This document shows, one piece after another, positions 33,739 to 44,941 of a stretch of DNA of 64,000 nucleotides. The DNA lies in the NCBI GenBank assembly GCA_032718475.1, contig JAUCBJ010006724.1:1-64000 (forward strand), read 5' to 3'. Source of the DNA: Nemertoderma westbladi. Its lineage: Eukaryota > Animalia > Xenacoelomorpha. The position numbers and the translations under genes were made by a program. The notes under the pieces were generated by a model. It was not told the DNA's origin. It was given only the letters and a program-made list of their open reading frames with translations, and did no database searches. Position 1 is the stretch's first letter; each line of letters begins with the position of its first letter.

Positions 33739-34628
33739 ACACTACACTACACACACAACTTCGACAACACCGAACCGACAGGACCCCCATGAAAACGAGA
33801 CGCAGTCTCTTGGGGCTATCCTAAACAATAAACTAACTCCCAGTATAAAGGACACTAAGAGAAACAACCGCACCTGAAACCTACCGGACCGAACCGCAAC
33901 TCAGACAAATACAAACGCACTATACACTAATAATACACACACCACACACCATACAGTACCTACCTACACAACACTGTCACCGCGATTTGACTCTAATAGC
34001 CAATATATACATTTACTTATAAATATATGCAAATATTATGCTATGCACTGTTTGTTTGTTTGTTTGTTGTTTTTAGACTTTTTACCCTCAGTGGATTGTG
34101 TGGCAGTTCAAGTATATAAAACACTGGTTCGGTAATTTTCTACAATCCAAAATGTCTATAATCAAAAACTAAGTAACATATATCAATAATTCTTATACAC
34201 TCCTAATACTAATACTCATCATAATACTAATATACTTCACCAATATTAAGGCACTAACTCAAAAATGTATATAACCAGCTGTTTGCCTTAACCAACCAAT
34301 ATACATTACATATTACACAATGTAGTCCTTCAATAACGTACAGTATACTATGGGGATTGTCACACTCCCCGACAAAATATGCAAATAGTCTTTCAATTAA
34401 CGTACAGTATACTATGGGATTTTAACACTCCCCGACAAAATATGCAATTACGACAACTTATACCATTCCACCAATAACTGCAATATAGTTACAATAATGA
34501 CAAAACATAAATGTGACAATGCTGTACAATACAAATCTGTATCAATAATTATATGCAAAAATATCTCACTTATAGTTACACAGTCACAGTTACTTATTTG
34601 ATGCACGACACCAACCCTACAGTTAGGT

Positions 34629-37600
34629 CTAGTTGTCAATTTCTAATGGGATAAGTCCTTGTACAGGTCGAGTGATAATTATACTGCTGATTTTTTTGCC
34701 TATTTTTGCAATTTTTACTTTTACAGATCTGATACTATTATCACGACCATGTAAGAGCTCTACTATAATCCCTAGCTTCCATAATTGGCGCGGTTTCTTG
34801 ATCTTAGAAGTAGTTTCATCCAGTAACACCACCTCACCAACCCTCGGCTGACGTGTCTGATATCGGCGAATAGAGTAATGCTGTCTAAGAGTTGTCAGAT
34901 ACTCGCGAGCCCAAATGTTCCAGAATTTATCTATCAATTGGTCTTTGTATTTGGTGCGTCGGGTCACATTCTCAGCATTCAATTCGTCATTAATATTATT
35001 ACTGCTGATATTATCTGTTTCAGGTCTTTCAGTGAGTCGCTTTCCGATTAATAAATGTGACGGAGTTAGAGGTTCCAAAATCTCGTCTGAATACACGTAA
35101 GTTAGTGGGCGACTGTTAATTACACTCTCAACTTTTATCAATAAGGTATGTAACTCGTCGCTATTCAATAATGCGTTTCCTATCGACTTCCTCAATGCTC
35201 TCTTCACACTTTGCACTAGTCGCTCCCAGTACCCTCCCCACCAAGGGGCATGTTCACATATAAAGTTCCATTTGATATTTAAATTTGCTATATGGGTTTG
35301 TGTTTTCTTGGCTGTGAAATTACTTCCATTATCTGAAGTTATTGTTGCTGGATATCCCCTGCGACCAAAGAATCTATCTAAACCACGGATAGTAAACTCC
35401 GCATCTATACTTTCTTGTAATTCAAAATGTACCGCTCTAGACGAATTACATGTAATCAGAAGAATATGGCATTTTTCAATCAGTTCATTATTTCGAACAT
35501 ACATTGGCCCCGCTATATCCACACCGACATCATTAAATGCTAGACTTCCACTCACCCTATCCAGGGGTAAACAAGGTGTATCTGGGGGTGTGAATGCTTT
35601 TGCTTGTTGTTTGCGACATATAACACATTCATTTAATTGTTTCTTAATAATTTGTCTGGCCTGGGGTATATAAAACTTGTTTCTCAGTTGCACAAATGTA
35701 TCACGAACTCCAGCATGTAATACTTCTGTTTCGTGACATTGTCTAATGATTAACGTCGTCAGATAATGTTTTTTCGGTAGCAGTATTGGATCTTTCGCTG
35801 TTGTGGGCACCTGATATGCCATATCAATGCGGCCTTTGCATCTTATCAAGCCCTCAGCATCTAGGTATAAGTGAAGTTGATTGATTAAGTTTCTCACATA
35901 AGGCTCTTTGTCGCATTTTGTCGTCAATTGTGAAACAACTTCAGGATACATTTCTGCTTGAACTTCCTTTAAGCATAAAGTGCTTGCTTTGCTTCTTTCC
36001 AGAATAGTTAAAACACCTAATTGTTTGGGGGTATCCTTCCCTATCCTTGCCTTCAGATTATTGACAAAACGGTACATCCATGCCACTACTTGAATCAGCT
36101 TATTGTAGCTGCTATAACGAAGTATTATTGAATCATGCACTTCGTTTGAGATAAGTAAGACTGACGGCATTTCTATTGGGTTCTTCAACTCTTTAAAAGC
36201 CTCTTCCTCAATATCTCTTGTCTCTATGTTTTTCGAAGGATAATCTATCACATTTGACACCCATTCGGGACCACACCACCAGATATTTCTGGCTGGGGAA
36301 GGTTGAATAAGACTATCTGCATATTTTCCTCTAGTTATCAAATCAGCTGGGTTTTCTTCTCCATTACAGTGATAATAATGGACATTTGGCAACCGCAATT
36401 TGATTCGTTCAATTCTTGAGGATATAAACCTGACCCAATTATTGGGATTTTTAATCCAATGACAAACAATAGTCGAGTCTGTCCAACATACGATTTTACC
36501 TACTTTTGTAACAGATTCAAGTGGTTTAATTGCATGAATTATGACCCGAGATAACATTTCTGCCGACATAAGTTCTAATCTAGGAATTGTAATTCGTTTG
36601 GAGGACAATTTATCTAATGGGACTAATTTTCCTCGGGCCATGATAAGTGATACTTCAACCTTTTCTACTGATGAAACCTTTATATACACACATGCTCCCA
36701 ATGCTTGCCGTGAGGCATCACAAAAGCCATGAATTTCTATCTCTATGTTAGTACCACTAATCAGTTTGTTGACAGAATAACATCTGTCTATACGCAATGA
36801 ATCAAATTTCACAAGGTCATTTATCCACCTTTTATAAGTTCGAATTTCACAAGAATCTAGCTCTTTGTCCCAATCGCCTTTTGCCTTCTGACTAATCTGA
36901 CGTAATAATATTTTTATAACAGATACAAATGGAGCGATCCAACCTGCTGGATCGAAAATACGTGCCATAACCTTTAGCACTGACCTTCGGATCAACGGCA
37001 ACGTGAGTGCTGTTGAATATACATCCCGAAAATCAAATAAGTAACAGTCTGAGTTAAGGTCCCATCTAATACCAAGCACCTCTGTAACAGCTGAAGGTCT
37101 ACTCTTATGCGACTCACTACTCGTAACTTTCTTATCTGAACCTTCACAGCAATCAATCATTGCTTGCAGTTCAACATCATTAGTTTTCCATTTTACCATG
37201 TCAAATCCACCCTGTTTAAACATCATTCGTATTAATCGATACCGTTGCATTGCATCATACATATCAAATGCTCCAGTTGCTAAGTTATCGCTGTAAAGAG
37301 AATCTTCTATATCTTTTACTATCTCCGGGTATATATCACTATACTTCCTTAAATGCAACATTATTACAACCATCAAAATAGCTTGGCTACTTATTATTCC
37401 GAAAGGCAACCTGCAAAAACGATATACAACTTTCGTTGGTGGCTGATTATTAAAATCAGTCCAAATAAATCTCAACACATCCCTGTCGCATTCATTGACA
37501 CTGATTTGTAAGTAAGCTTGTGCAATATCTGCAATAAGTGCGACCTTAAAACTTCTAAAACGAATTAATACTTGTAGTATGTATGGCAGCAATACCGGGC

Positions 37601-40076
37601 CCTTATAGAGACACTCATTTAAGGACAGATGGGCGCTTGATTGTTTCGCTGAAGCATTGTATACAATACGTAGTTTTGTGGTTTCATTATTTTCTCTAAC
37701 TACCCCAAAATGAGACAAATAATGTACTGCATTCGTTGTTTGTGAATTGATGTCTACCCTTTCAATGATCCCATTTTCTAATTGCTCTCGTATTTTATAT
37801 TGGTATTGTTCTAGTAGTTTGGGTTGTTTTTGCATCTTCTTTAATAGAGTTTCGTACCTACGCTCAGCTAGGTAATAATTATTAGGCAAATTAGCCTTTT
37901 GCGATGAAATCCATGGTAATTTAATTTCGTATCTTCCATTGATCATCTCTGGTTGTTCAATAAAATCTAAGTTAAAATGTGAATCCGGATTCAAACCGCT
38001 TGTGTCCGTTTCATAAAATTTATTTAAAGTTTCTTCCAAACTACATTCGAAAACTGTATCAATTATTTCGTCATCATCTGCCGATGTAAATAGGGTATGT
38101 GTATTCAATATATGGGAATCGCTGACCTTACTTATTTTTATAGGCCCAGCTACAGCACTACCAAACTTAGTTTCAATAATGGCTGGACCGCATCCAGATT
38201 CATTTATGGTTCTATGGCCTTTTGTTAGTTGATATATATAATCGCCTCCGATTAATATATCAACTTCTCTACTTTCACCTGCTGGTACATCAGTAAATTG
38301 AGATTGGTCGTAATAAGGGATGTCTGAAATGTCCACAGAGATTGGTTCAAGTGGTGCGCATATAGTGTCCGTAGAAAGAAGTGTGAGATACATCATATGT
38401 GATTTATTTAAATCTGATACTGCAACAGTCACAACCTTGTGTTGAGTGGTGCGTCTATCCTTACTGTTGAATACGCCAGTTTTTAAAGTTATTTCTTTAT
38501 CTGATTTCAGATCTAGTTTATGGCTTAATTTGTTGGTAATATAACTTTGTTGCGCCCCGCCATCAAATAACATGCGAGCTGTTATATATTTGTTACTTGT
38601 TGGATTGAAAACAAATACTAATACAGTAGCCAGTAGTACAGTATTTTGTGAATTAACAAATATATTAGTCGTGGCTTGATATATACCATTCTTGATCTCC
38701 CCTCTAGGTGGCGTTGGAATTGGATAGTTTTCAACCAACCCAACATTATATCCTGGACCTTGACGCTCATAATTTGTTCTATATTTTACATCGGCTTTTC
38801 CATAAAATGGCGCAGAAACTCTACTGCACAGAGAAATATGGTGTGGCCTTGAGCAGATGATGCAACTAATTTTCCTTGCACATTCCTTAGCAATGTGTCC
38901 CTCCCCCAAACAAGAAAAACATTTATTTAATTGCTGCAACCGCACAATTCGGCTTTGCATATTATAGAATTGTTCGCAATCAGTACTGCGATGTGCTTTG
39001 TCGCAATACACACAATTATCCGGCCTACGTGTATATCTAGCAACAGCGGGTTTAAATCTTGAATTGCTATTTTCTAACAATGCCGATGCTGTACCAATTT
39101 CACCATTGAAGCTTTTCCAGGCTGCCTGTTTTACATCTGTTTTTTCCTGTTGTTGTGCTGCAATCTCTCTTGCCTCAACTTCTTCCCTTAATGTTTTTAA
39201 TACAACGTTTATATCCCAAATTTCGCCCTTCTCAACACGCGAAATTTCTAAAATAATTTCTTCCGGCAATTTTGACACTAAGATGGCAACAAGCAGGGCC
39301 CCATATGTATCACTTGATAGACCAAGTGTCATTAGTCCTCTAATCTGAATATTGACTTCATCATACAATTTTCTTAAATCGTCCACTTTCATACAGGCTA
39401 CCTGTAGATTTATTATTCTCTTCATATGGGCGTTAATACGTAGCTGTTTATGTCCAAACCTTGATTGTAAAATGTCAATGGCCTCATTGTAATTGGCAGT
39501 TGTCAATGCTAAACCACTTACACAGTTTGCGGCAGTTCCAGTCAAAAAGGATTTCAAATAATTAAATTTGTCAATAACGCTAACTTTTACATTACTATGC
39601 ACCGCACAGTCAAAACTATCCCACCATTCACCGTATTCTAAATGTCCTCCAGAAAATTCTTTTAACGTTAACTTCGGTAATTTAGAACTAATTCCTAAAG
39701 TACGTTCATTAGATATGTTACTACAACCGGTAGTTTCCAAACTACGTAACTTATACTCAATAAGTGATATAGTTTCATTTATAGACAATGTAATTTCTGA
39801 CTGTTGATCAATTAAGTTTTCAATTTCTTTTTCGTCAACCAAAGTTTCTATGTAGGAGTAAATGTTCGTAATTTCAACAGTCTTACCTTTGAGAGTATCT
39901 CTAACCGCGTTTAGTTTAGGGATGCCTTCATCTATTGTAGTTATTTGTGTCCCGATGTCATCGATTAAACTTGCACCTTTCTTTATTAACTTTGTAATGG
40001 ATGACTTCACACCTCGGAGTTTATTCAAATATCTGCTCAATTCTTCGGCGCCATCGTCATCTTTACCTTTTACCAT
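34629..40076 (-). CDS. BEL/Pao Gag-Pol polyprotein, 1815 aa (Gag, 3 zinc knuckles, protease, RT, RNase H, integrase)
   Basis: LPKLTLKEFSG Gag start, CCHC knuckles, LFDGGA protease, ADIAQAY/LPFG/YSDN RT, FCDAS, DIAG/SDNG/WERLV integrase. Confidence 0.97.
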   Translation of the reverse strand: MVKGKDDDGAEELSRYLNKLRGVKSSITKLIKKGASLIDDIGTQITTIDEGIPKLNAVRDTLKGKTVEITNIYSYIETLVDEKEIENLIDQQSEITLSINETISLIEYKLRSLETTGCSNISNERTLGISSKLPKLTLKEFSGGHLEYGEWWDSFDCAVHSNVKVSVIDKFNYLKSFLTGTAANCVSGLALTTANYNEAIDILQSRFGHKQLRINAHMKRIINLQVACMKVDDLRKLYDEVNIQIRGLMTLGLSSDTYGALLVAILVSKLPEEIILEISRVEKGEIWDINVVLKTLREEVEAREIAAQQQEKTDVKQAAWKSFNGEIGTASALLENSNSRFKPAVARYTRRPDNCVYCDKAHRSTDCEQFYNMQSRIVRLQQLNKCFSCLGEGHIAKECARKISCIICSRPHHISLCSRVSAPFYGKADVKYRTNYERQGPGYNVGLVENYPIPTPPRGEIKNGIYQATTNIFVNSQNTVLLATVLVFVFNPTSNKYITARMLFDGGAQQSYITNKLSHKLDLKSDKEITLKTGVFNSKDRRTTQHKVVTVAVSDLNKSHMMYLTLLSTDTICAPLEPISVDISDIPYYDQSQFTDVPAGESREVDILIGGDYIYQLTKGHRTINESGCGPAIIETKFGSAVAGPIKISKVSDSHILNTHTLFTSADDDEIIDTVFECSLEETLNKFYETDTSGLNPDSHFNLDFIEQPEMINGRYEIKLPWISSQKANLPNNYYLAERRYETLLKKMQKQPKLLEQYQYKIREQLENGIIERVDINSQTTNAVHYLSHFGVVRENNETTKLRIVYNASAKQSSAHLSLNECLYKGPVLLPYILQVLIRFRSFKVALIADIAQAYLQISVNECDRDVLRFIWTDFNNQPPTKVVYRFCRLPFGIISSQAILMVVIMLHLRKYSDIYPEIVKDIEDSLYSDNLATGAFDMYDAMQRYRLIRMMFKQGGFDMVKWKTNDVELQAMIDCCEGSDKKVTSSESHKSRPSAVTEVLGIRWDLNSDCYLFDFRDVYSTALTLPLIRRSVLKVMARIFDPAGWIAPFVSVIKILLRQISQKAKGDWDKELDSCEIRTYKRWINDLVKFDSLRIDRCYSVNKLISGTNIEIEIHGFCDASRQALGACVYIKVSSVEKVEVSLIMARGKLVPLDKLSSKRITIPRLELMSAEMLSRVIIHAIKPLESVTKVGKIVCWTDSTIVCHWIKNPNNWVRFISSRIERIKLRLPNVHYYHCNGEENPADLITRGKYADSLIQPSPARNIWWCGPEWVSNVIDYPSKNIETRDIEEEAFKELKNPIEMPSVLLISNEVHDSIILRYSSYNKLIQVVAWMYRFVNNLKARIGKDTPKQLGVLTILERSKASTLCLKEVQAEMYPEVVSQLTTKCDKEPYVRNLINQLHLYLDAEGLIRCKGRIDMAYQVPTTAKDPILLPKKHYLTTLIIRQCHETEVLHAGVRDTFVQLRNKFYIPQARQIIKKQLNECVICRKQQAKAFTPPDTPCLPLDRVSGSLAFNDVGVDIAGPMYVRNNELIEKCHILLITCNSSRAVHFELQESIDAEFTIRGLDRFFGRRGYPATITSDNGSNFTAKKTQTHIANLNIKWNFICEHAPWWGGYWERLVQSVKRALRKSIGNALLNSDELHTLLIKVESVINSRPLTYVYSDEILEPLTPSHLLIGKRLTERPETDNISSNNINDELNAENVTRRTKYKDQLIDKFWNIWAREYLTTLRQHYSIRRYQTRQPRVGEVVLLDETTSKIKKPRQLWKLGIIVELLHGRDNSIRSVKVKIAKIGKKISSIIITRPVQGLIPLEIDN

Positions 40077-40128
40077 TTTGGCTTATACCCGCAACAACCC
40101 ACGATAACGACAACAGAAAAAACATCAG

Positions 40129-40146
40129 ATCCGGTTCGAAGGACCA
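40129..40146 (-). promoter_or_regulatory. Primer binding site complementary to the tRNA-Tyr 3' end
   Basis: TGGTCCTTCGAACCGGAT immediately follows the 5' LTR; a common BEL PBS type. Confidence 0.9.
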
Positions 40147-40863
40147 TGTGGCAGTTCAAGTATATAAAACACTGGTTCGGTAATTTTCTACAATCCAAAA
40201 TGTCTATAATCAAAAACTAAGTAACATATATCAATAATTCTTATACACTCCTAATACTAATACTCATCATAATACTAATATACTTCACCAATATTAAGGC
40301 ACTAACTCAAAAATGTATATAACCAGCTGTTTGCCTTAACCAACCAATATACATTACATATTACACAATGTAGTCCTTCAATAACGTACAGTATACTATG
40401 GGGATTGTCACAGATTGACCCTATGACATTATGTCTTTTATTTCAATTACCCGTATATTTTACTGTATATTTTATTGTTAATAAATAATTCCAATTCCAA
40501 TTCCTACCTTATTATTATTATTTAACAGTGAAATATTAATTAAAATAAAGACACCGGAGAAAAACAAACCAGGTACACTTACGGTAAAACCAGGTACACT
40601 TACGGTAGGTTATATAGAGCATACAAATTTGCAACAGTTTAAAATAAATCTAAAATAGTTCAAAATATCTACAAAGTTTTAAAATAGTTTAAAATAAATC
40701 TAAAATAGTTCAAAATATCTAAAAATTTATAAAATAGTTTACAATAAAAATAACGTATTAGCAGATAAAATTCGACATTTAGTACATAAAACCCACTTAA
40801 AAAAAAACATGAAGGACAGACAACATTACAATAACTGGTTATATTATTATTAAAACATATTTA

Positions 40864-43527
40864 TCACATAGCTCGGTTAAAATAACAAAAAGAAAGTAGA
40901 TTCAGGCCTTTAATTTTATTAGAGAAAATGCTTTTAGACAATGAGTTAACAATCTCAGCAGGGAGCCAGTTCCAAATAGGAACAACTCTGTACGCAAATA
41001 TATTTTTACACATTAACAGTCGAGACTGCCGGTGGTGCAACTTGCGGTCATGTCCTCTCAACCCAGCCCTAGGAGCCAAGCTGAAGAAGTCAGAAGTATT
41101 TAAGTCAACGTCGTTATGATATATAGCAAAGGTCATCTTCAGGTCATAGATTATTCGTCGGACTTCTAATGGTTGCAACTGTAGGTCAGTAAGGCGATCT
41201 AAATAACTTAACGAACAATCTAAATTACAACGTTTAAAAAGGCGGCGTGTAAAATATCGCTGGACACGCTCAATTAAATCTATACTTCCTAAATGATACG
41301 GAGACCACACTGATGTACAGTATTCTAACAAGGGTCGCACATAAGATTTGTAAGCTATAATTAATGCACTACGGTTGTTGGTGTGAAAGCACTTAAATAT
41401 AAGGTTGATCATTTTGAAAGCCTTTGCAGATTGTTCACGACAATAGGTATCAAAAATAAGGTTACTGCACATTGTAATACCGAGGTCCCTACAAGATGTT
41501 TCTACATTTAATAACTTCCCCCCTAACATATATTGACAATCAGTGCGGTCTGCCGAGCCGATGTGAAGCACGCTGCATTTATGTGCTGCAATATGCAGTT
41601 GCCAATTGGCAGACCACATTTCCAAATCTAATAAGGCTTTGTTAAGTATTAATCTATCTGAAGTCTGTGCATATAGCTTTACATCGTCGGCAAATAGTTT
41701 ACATGATACACGGCGATCAATGGCATCAGGTAAGTCATTAATAAATATAATAAATAATATTGGGCCTAGAACACTTCCTTGAGGTGTTCCAGATACCACG
41801 TGACAGACATCGGAGAAACTATTACCAATTAATACTTTTTGACTACGATCTGTTAAAAATGCAGATAACCATAACAGTAAATCGCCAGTAATACCGTAAC
41901 TAGATAGCTTAAACAATAATTTACTATGCACCACAGAATCAAAAGCTTTGGCAAAATCTACATATATTATATCACAGCTATGACGTTTATCCAATAAGTT
42001 GCACCACTCCGTAACACATTCTAATAATTGAGTACAAGTAGACCGCTTTTTTAAAAACCCATGCTGAGATTTAGATATTACATTGTGTAAGTATAAATAT
42101 TCTAACACTGTCTCCTTGATACACATCTCCATAATCTTACATGAAATACAAGTTAACGAAATTGGTCTATAATTATATGGATTAGAGGCATCACCTTTCT
42201 TATAAACCGGTATAATGTAAGCTGTTAACCATATAGAAGGGAGAGCATGGCTACTAAATGATACTTGAAATATAGTAGCTAAAGGAGCTGCAAGGCACCG
42301 TGATAAATTACTAAATAACAAACTGGGGAAGCCATCTGGAGTGCGACTGGATTTACCTTCAATCTTACGTAAAAAAGTATACACTTTAATTGGGGTAAAA
42401 TCGACTGAGGACAAAGATACGTGAGCTGGAACACGCCGCTCAAAATTAGGCACAGCACCATCATCAAGTGAAAAGTTTTCTGAAAAAACACTAGATAAAA
42501 TTCGAGCCTTATCACAATCATTAACAACTGTTGCACCTTTGTACTTAAATGGAGAAATACCTGATTTCAGGTTACGTTTGGAATTTATATGTGCAAAAAT
42601 ATTTCCAATATTACCAGAGCTTAGAATTCTATTTTCGCGTATGCAGGCAGCCCGGAAGGTTGCTTGTGATGTAGCTTTAGCACATTTCTTATATTCCAAT
42701 CCACCATTGACTGTATGGCGCCGCCGCCATAACAGTTTTTTCTTACGCTGGAGAAGTCTAAGGAACTCTGGTTGGACTATTTTGTTACGCTTTGCACCAA
42801 AAACCTTAAATGGAACAAATTTATCAATCCCTGCACGTAGAGTAGCACTAAAAATATCCCAGAAATCATTTACCAGCAAACATGAATTGAAAACAGAGGG
42901 CCAGTCTATGTTATCTATATAGTCGGAAAACTTAACATAGTCTGCATTTTTAAAATCATAAAAACCAGTACAATCATGAGAATTAAAGTTACGGTCAGCA
43001 GATAAAATGCTAAAAACAACAGAATCGTGATCGCTTGTACTAAAAGGGGCCAAAACATTAACATTAGAAATAAACATATCTTCAGTAGAAAAAACAAGGT
43101 CTAACACATTATTACCACGGGTAGGTTTTAGCTGCAATTGATTTAGACTATTCTCTAGGAAACATTGAGAAAGCACATTATAGTTATCATTAGAGGGATG
43201 GGTTAATTTAACCCAATCATAATCAGGCAGGTTAAAGTCTCCAGTTACCACGCATGGGTAGGTAACTTCACAAAGAGAAGATAAACATTGGGAAAGCAAT
43301 TTGTCAGAGTCAAGGGTTGCTATAGTGCCCGACCGATATGTACAAATAAAGCGACTCGGGGAACTACCCACCAAATCCACGGCCACCACTTCTACTGTGT
43401 CCTCAAACTGCGGAGGTAATTTAACCTTGACACATTTGATGTCTGTTCGCACAAGAATGGCGACACCACCCCCCCTAGAGACGCGATCGTTCCGGAATAC
43501 CATATAATCACCATTACCACTAACCAT
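40864..43527 (-). CDS. CR1 ORF2 (APE endonuclease plus RT); the reading frame extends upstream without ATG to ~43770
   Basis: GDFN, LDLV, SDH, DFAKAFD, PQGSVLGP, FADD, VRPLLEY..VWSP. The upstream frame encodes INAQSL and ITESWL. Confidence 0.95.
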   Translation of the reverse strand: MVSGNGDYMVFRNDRVSRGGGVAILVRTDIKCVKVKLPPQFEDTVEVVAVDLVGSSPSRFICTYRSGTIATLDSDKLLSQCLSSLCEVTYPCVVTGDFNLPDYDWVKLTHPSNDNYNVLSQCFLENSLNQLQLKPTRGNNVLDLVFSTEDMFISNVNVLAPFSTSDHDSVVFSILSADRNFNSHDCTGFYDFKNADYVKFSDYIDNIDWPSVFNSCLLVNDFWDIFSATLRAGIDKFVPFKVFGAKRNKIVQPEFLRLLQRKKKLLWRRRHTVNGGLEYKKCAKATSQATFRAACIRENRILSSGNIGNIFAHINSKRNLKSGISPFKYKGATVVNDCDKARILSSVFSENFSLDDGAVPNFERRVPAHVSLSSVDFTPIKVYTFLRKIEGKSSRTPDGFPSLLFSNLSRCLAAPLATIFQVSFSSHALPSIWLTAYIIPVYKKGDASNPYNYRPISLTCISCKIMEMCIKETVLEYLYLHNVISKSQHGFLKKRSTCTQLLECVTEWCNLLDKRHSCDIIYVDFAKAFDSVVHSKLLFKLSSYGITGDLLLWLSAFLTDRSQKVLIGNSFSDVCHVVSGTPQGSVLGPILFIIFINDLPDAIDRRVSCKLFADDVKLYAQTSDRLILNKALLDLEMWSANWQLHIAAHKCSVLHIGSADRTDCQYMLGGKLLNVETSCRDLGITMCSNLIFDTYCREQSAKAFKMINLIFKCFHTNNRSALIIAYKSYVRPLLEYCTSVWSPYHLGSIDLIERVQRYFTRRLFKRCNLDCSLSYLDRLTDLQLQPLEVRRIIYDLKMTFAIYHNDVDLNTSDFFSLAPRAGLRGHDRKLHHRQSRLLMCKNIFAYRVVPIWNWLPAEIVNSLSKSIFSNKIKGLNLLSFCYFNRAM

Positions 43528-43688
43528 TTTATCAGTTATTTCGTCTGTTAACCAAGACTCAGTGATACCAACAATACCATATCCATTTGATTGTAGAAAG
43601 AACTCAAAGTCAGTTAGTTTATTTTTAAGCGACTGAGCATTTATGACGCAGCATTCAGTAAAAGGGTCCTTAGGTTGCTTTCCTCCGT

Positions 43689-44768
43689 TTACACGTTTTC
43701 CGATGGAGATATTGGAGATGGAGATGAGATTGAAGAAGGAGATAGAGGTCGGCTTGTTGCTCGTGTTGATCTAAGATTCCGGGCAGCTTCCCGTTTGTTA
43801 AACTGCTGCTCACCTTGTAAACGGGTTAGATCTTGGTCGATATATACAGCTCTGAATAAAGCAGATTGGCGAAGTTTTTTCTTTTGACTGAGAATAAGAT
43901 TCTTGGTTTCAACGTTTGCGAGACGAATGATTACTCGAGAGGGCTTGTTATCTTTGGATGGAAGGCTGGAGACTATTGAGACAATTGCATCTTTCTGATG
44001 GAATTCCGACTCCAACAGGGAAGATATATTATCTTTGTCAGAGTCTTTGCCTAATACCGGTAATCCTCGAATCACGATATTCAACTCCCGCTTCCGTTGT
44101 TCTCGCACTTCCCGGTCTACATCATCTGATGTCATCATGGATGCCGTAGTCCGTGTTGTCTTCCGGCTAACTGTGGTCCATGGTGAGTCTGAAGACCCCG
44201 ACGCTAGTCCATTGGATTCTTCTCGTAGCTCATCTAAATCCGAGTTCAGCTGCTTAAACCCCTTTGAAATTGAATCTTTGAGGTTGGACACGACCGACAT
44301 TAGTGTTTCCGTAGTAACAGCTGCCGGATTAGCATTAGGTTCCCCGATGGTAAAACTGCCACGCGATTCGCATGTGTTGCACACTATTTTACAGTTTTTA
44401 CTCTTGGTGAGAATGGGAATATCTGATATGACCAAGCCGAGGCATGCGGTGTGTATCCAAGACCCACAGCAGTCACACCCCAGGCAATCTTTCCCAAGGA
44501 CTGCCTTGGCACAATGTGGACACAGACTTTCCACCGAAACATTCCCATCACTTGAGTGATCACCTAAATCGCATTGGGCAGCATGATTATTGAAAGCAGC
44601 TTTGTCAATGAAAAGCGCTGAACAACCATCGCAGTTAAACAGTTTAGAGAGGTCAATTTTCCCAGAACTTCGAGTTGCAGGCTGGCCAAACGCCACGCCA
44701 GGGGATTGCGAAATGCTGGGAACATGGCCGAATTTAGATTTCCGCTTGTCTTTGGCTGTGTTTGACAT
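43689..44768 (-). CDS. CR1 ORF1 with PHD finger
   Basis: CPHC...CDCC..WIH..C...CNTC, coiled coil, RELNIVIRGL and VYIDQDLT motifs. Confidence 0.9.
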   Translation of the reverse strand: MSNTAKDKRKSKFGHVPSISQSPGVAFGQPATRSSGKIDLSKLFNCDGCSALFIDKAAFNNHAAQCDLGDHSSDGNVSVESLCPHCAKAVLGKDCLGCDCCGSWIHTACLGLVISDIPILTKSKNCKIVCNTCESRGSFTIGEPNANPAAVTTETLMSVVSNLKDSISKGFKQLNSDLDELREESNGLASGSSDSPWTTVSRKTTRTTASMMTSDDVDREVREQRKRELNIVIRGLPVLGKDSDKDNISSLLESEFHQKDAIVSIVSSLPSKDNKPSRVIIRLANVETKNLILSQKKKLRQSALFRAVYIDQDLTRLQGEQQFNKREAARNLRSTRATSRPLSPSSISSPSPISPSENV

Positions 44769-44941
44769 TGCAATTTTTATGTTGGCAAAAATTACAATCA
44801 ACAGTTTATATATTTACAAATTAAGGAATTACATGTACAATCAAGCAGTACAGCAGTCGGTATACGGTAGGCAGGTAGGCCTAACGTGCATTGAAAACAA
44901 CTCAGATCAACGATGCAAACGATGCAAACGACGCAAACGAT

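Larger units (their letters stand above)
34099..40412 (-). mobile_element. Intact BEL/Pao LTR retrotransposon: 266-bp LTRs (34099-34364, 40147-40412), TSD GATTG, tRNA-Tyr PBS, PPT
   Basis: LTRs appear identical. GATTG at 34094-34098 and 40413-40417. PBS TGGTCCTTCGAACCGGAT (40146-40129). PPT GGGGAG before the 3' LTR. Confidence 0.97.
29690..40504 (+). mobile_element. L2/Crack-like LINE, 5' end lost, 3' UTR interrupted by the BEL element, ending in AATAAA plus (TTCCAA)n tail
   Basis: ORF1 tail, EN-RT ORF2 and GGACCCC 3' motif at 33781. The UTR rejoins across the BEL TSD GATTG. Confidence 0.8.
40511..44940 (-). mobile_element. Full-length CR1-clade LINE with (TAA)n tail and probable 6-bp TSD TACCTT
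   Basis: TACCTT at 40505-40510 and 44941-44946; ORF1 and ORF2 are uninterrupted. Confidence 0.9.
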
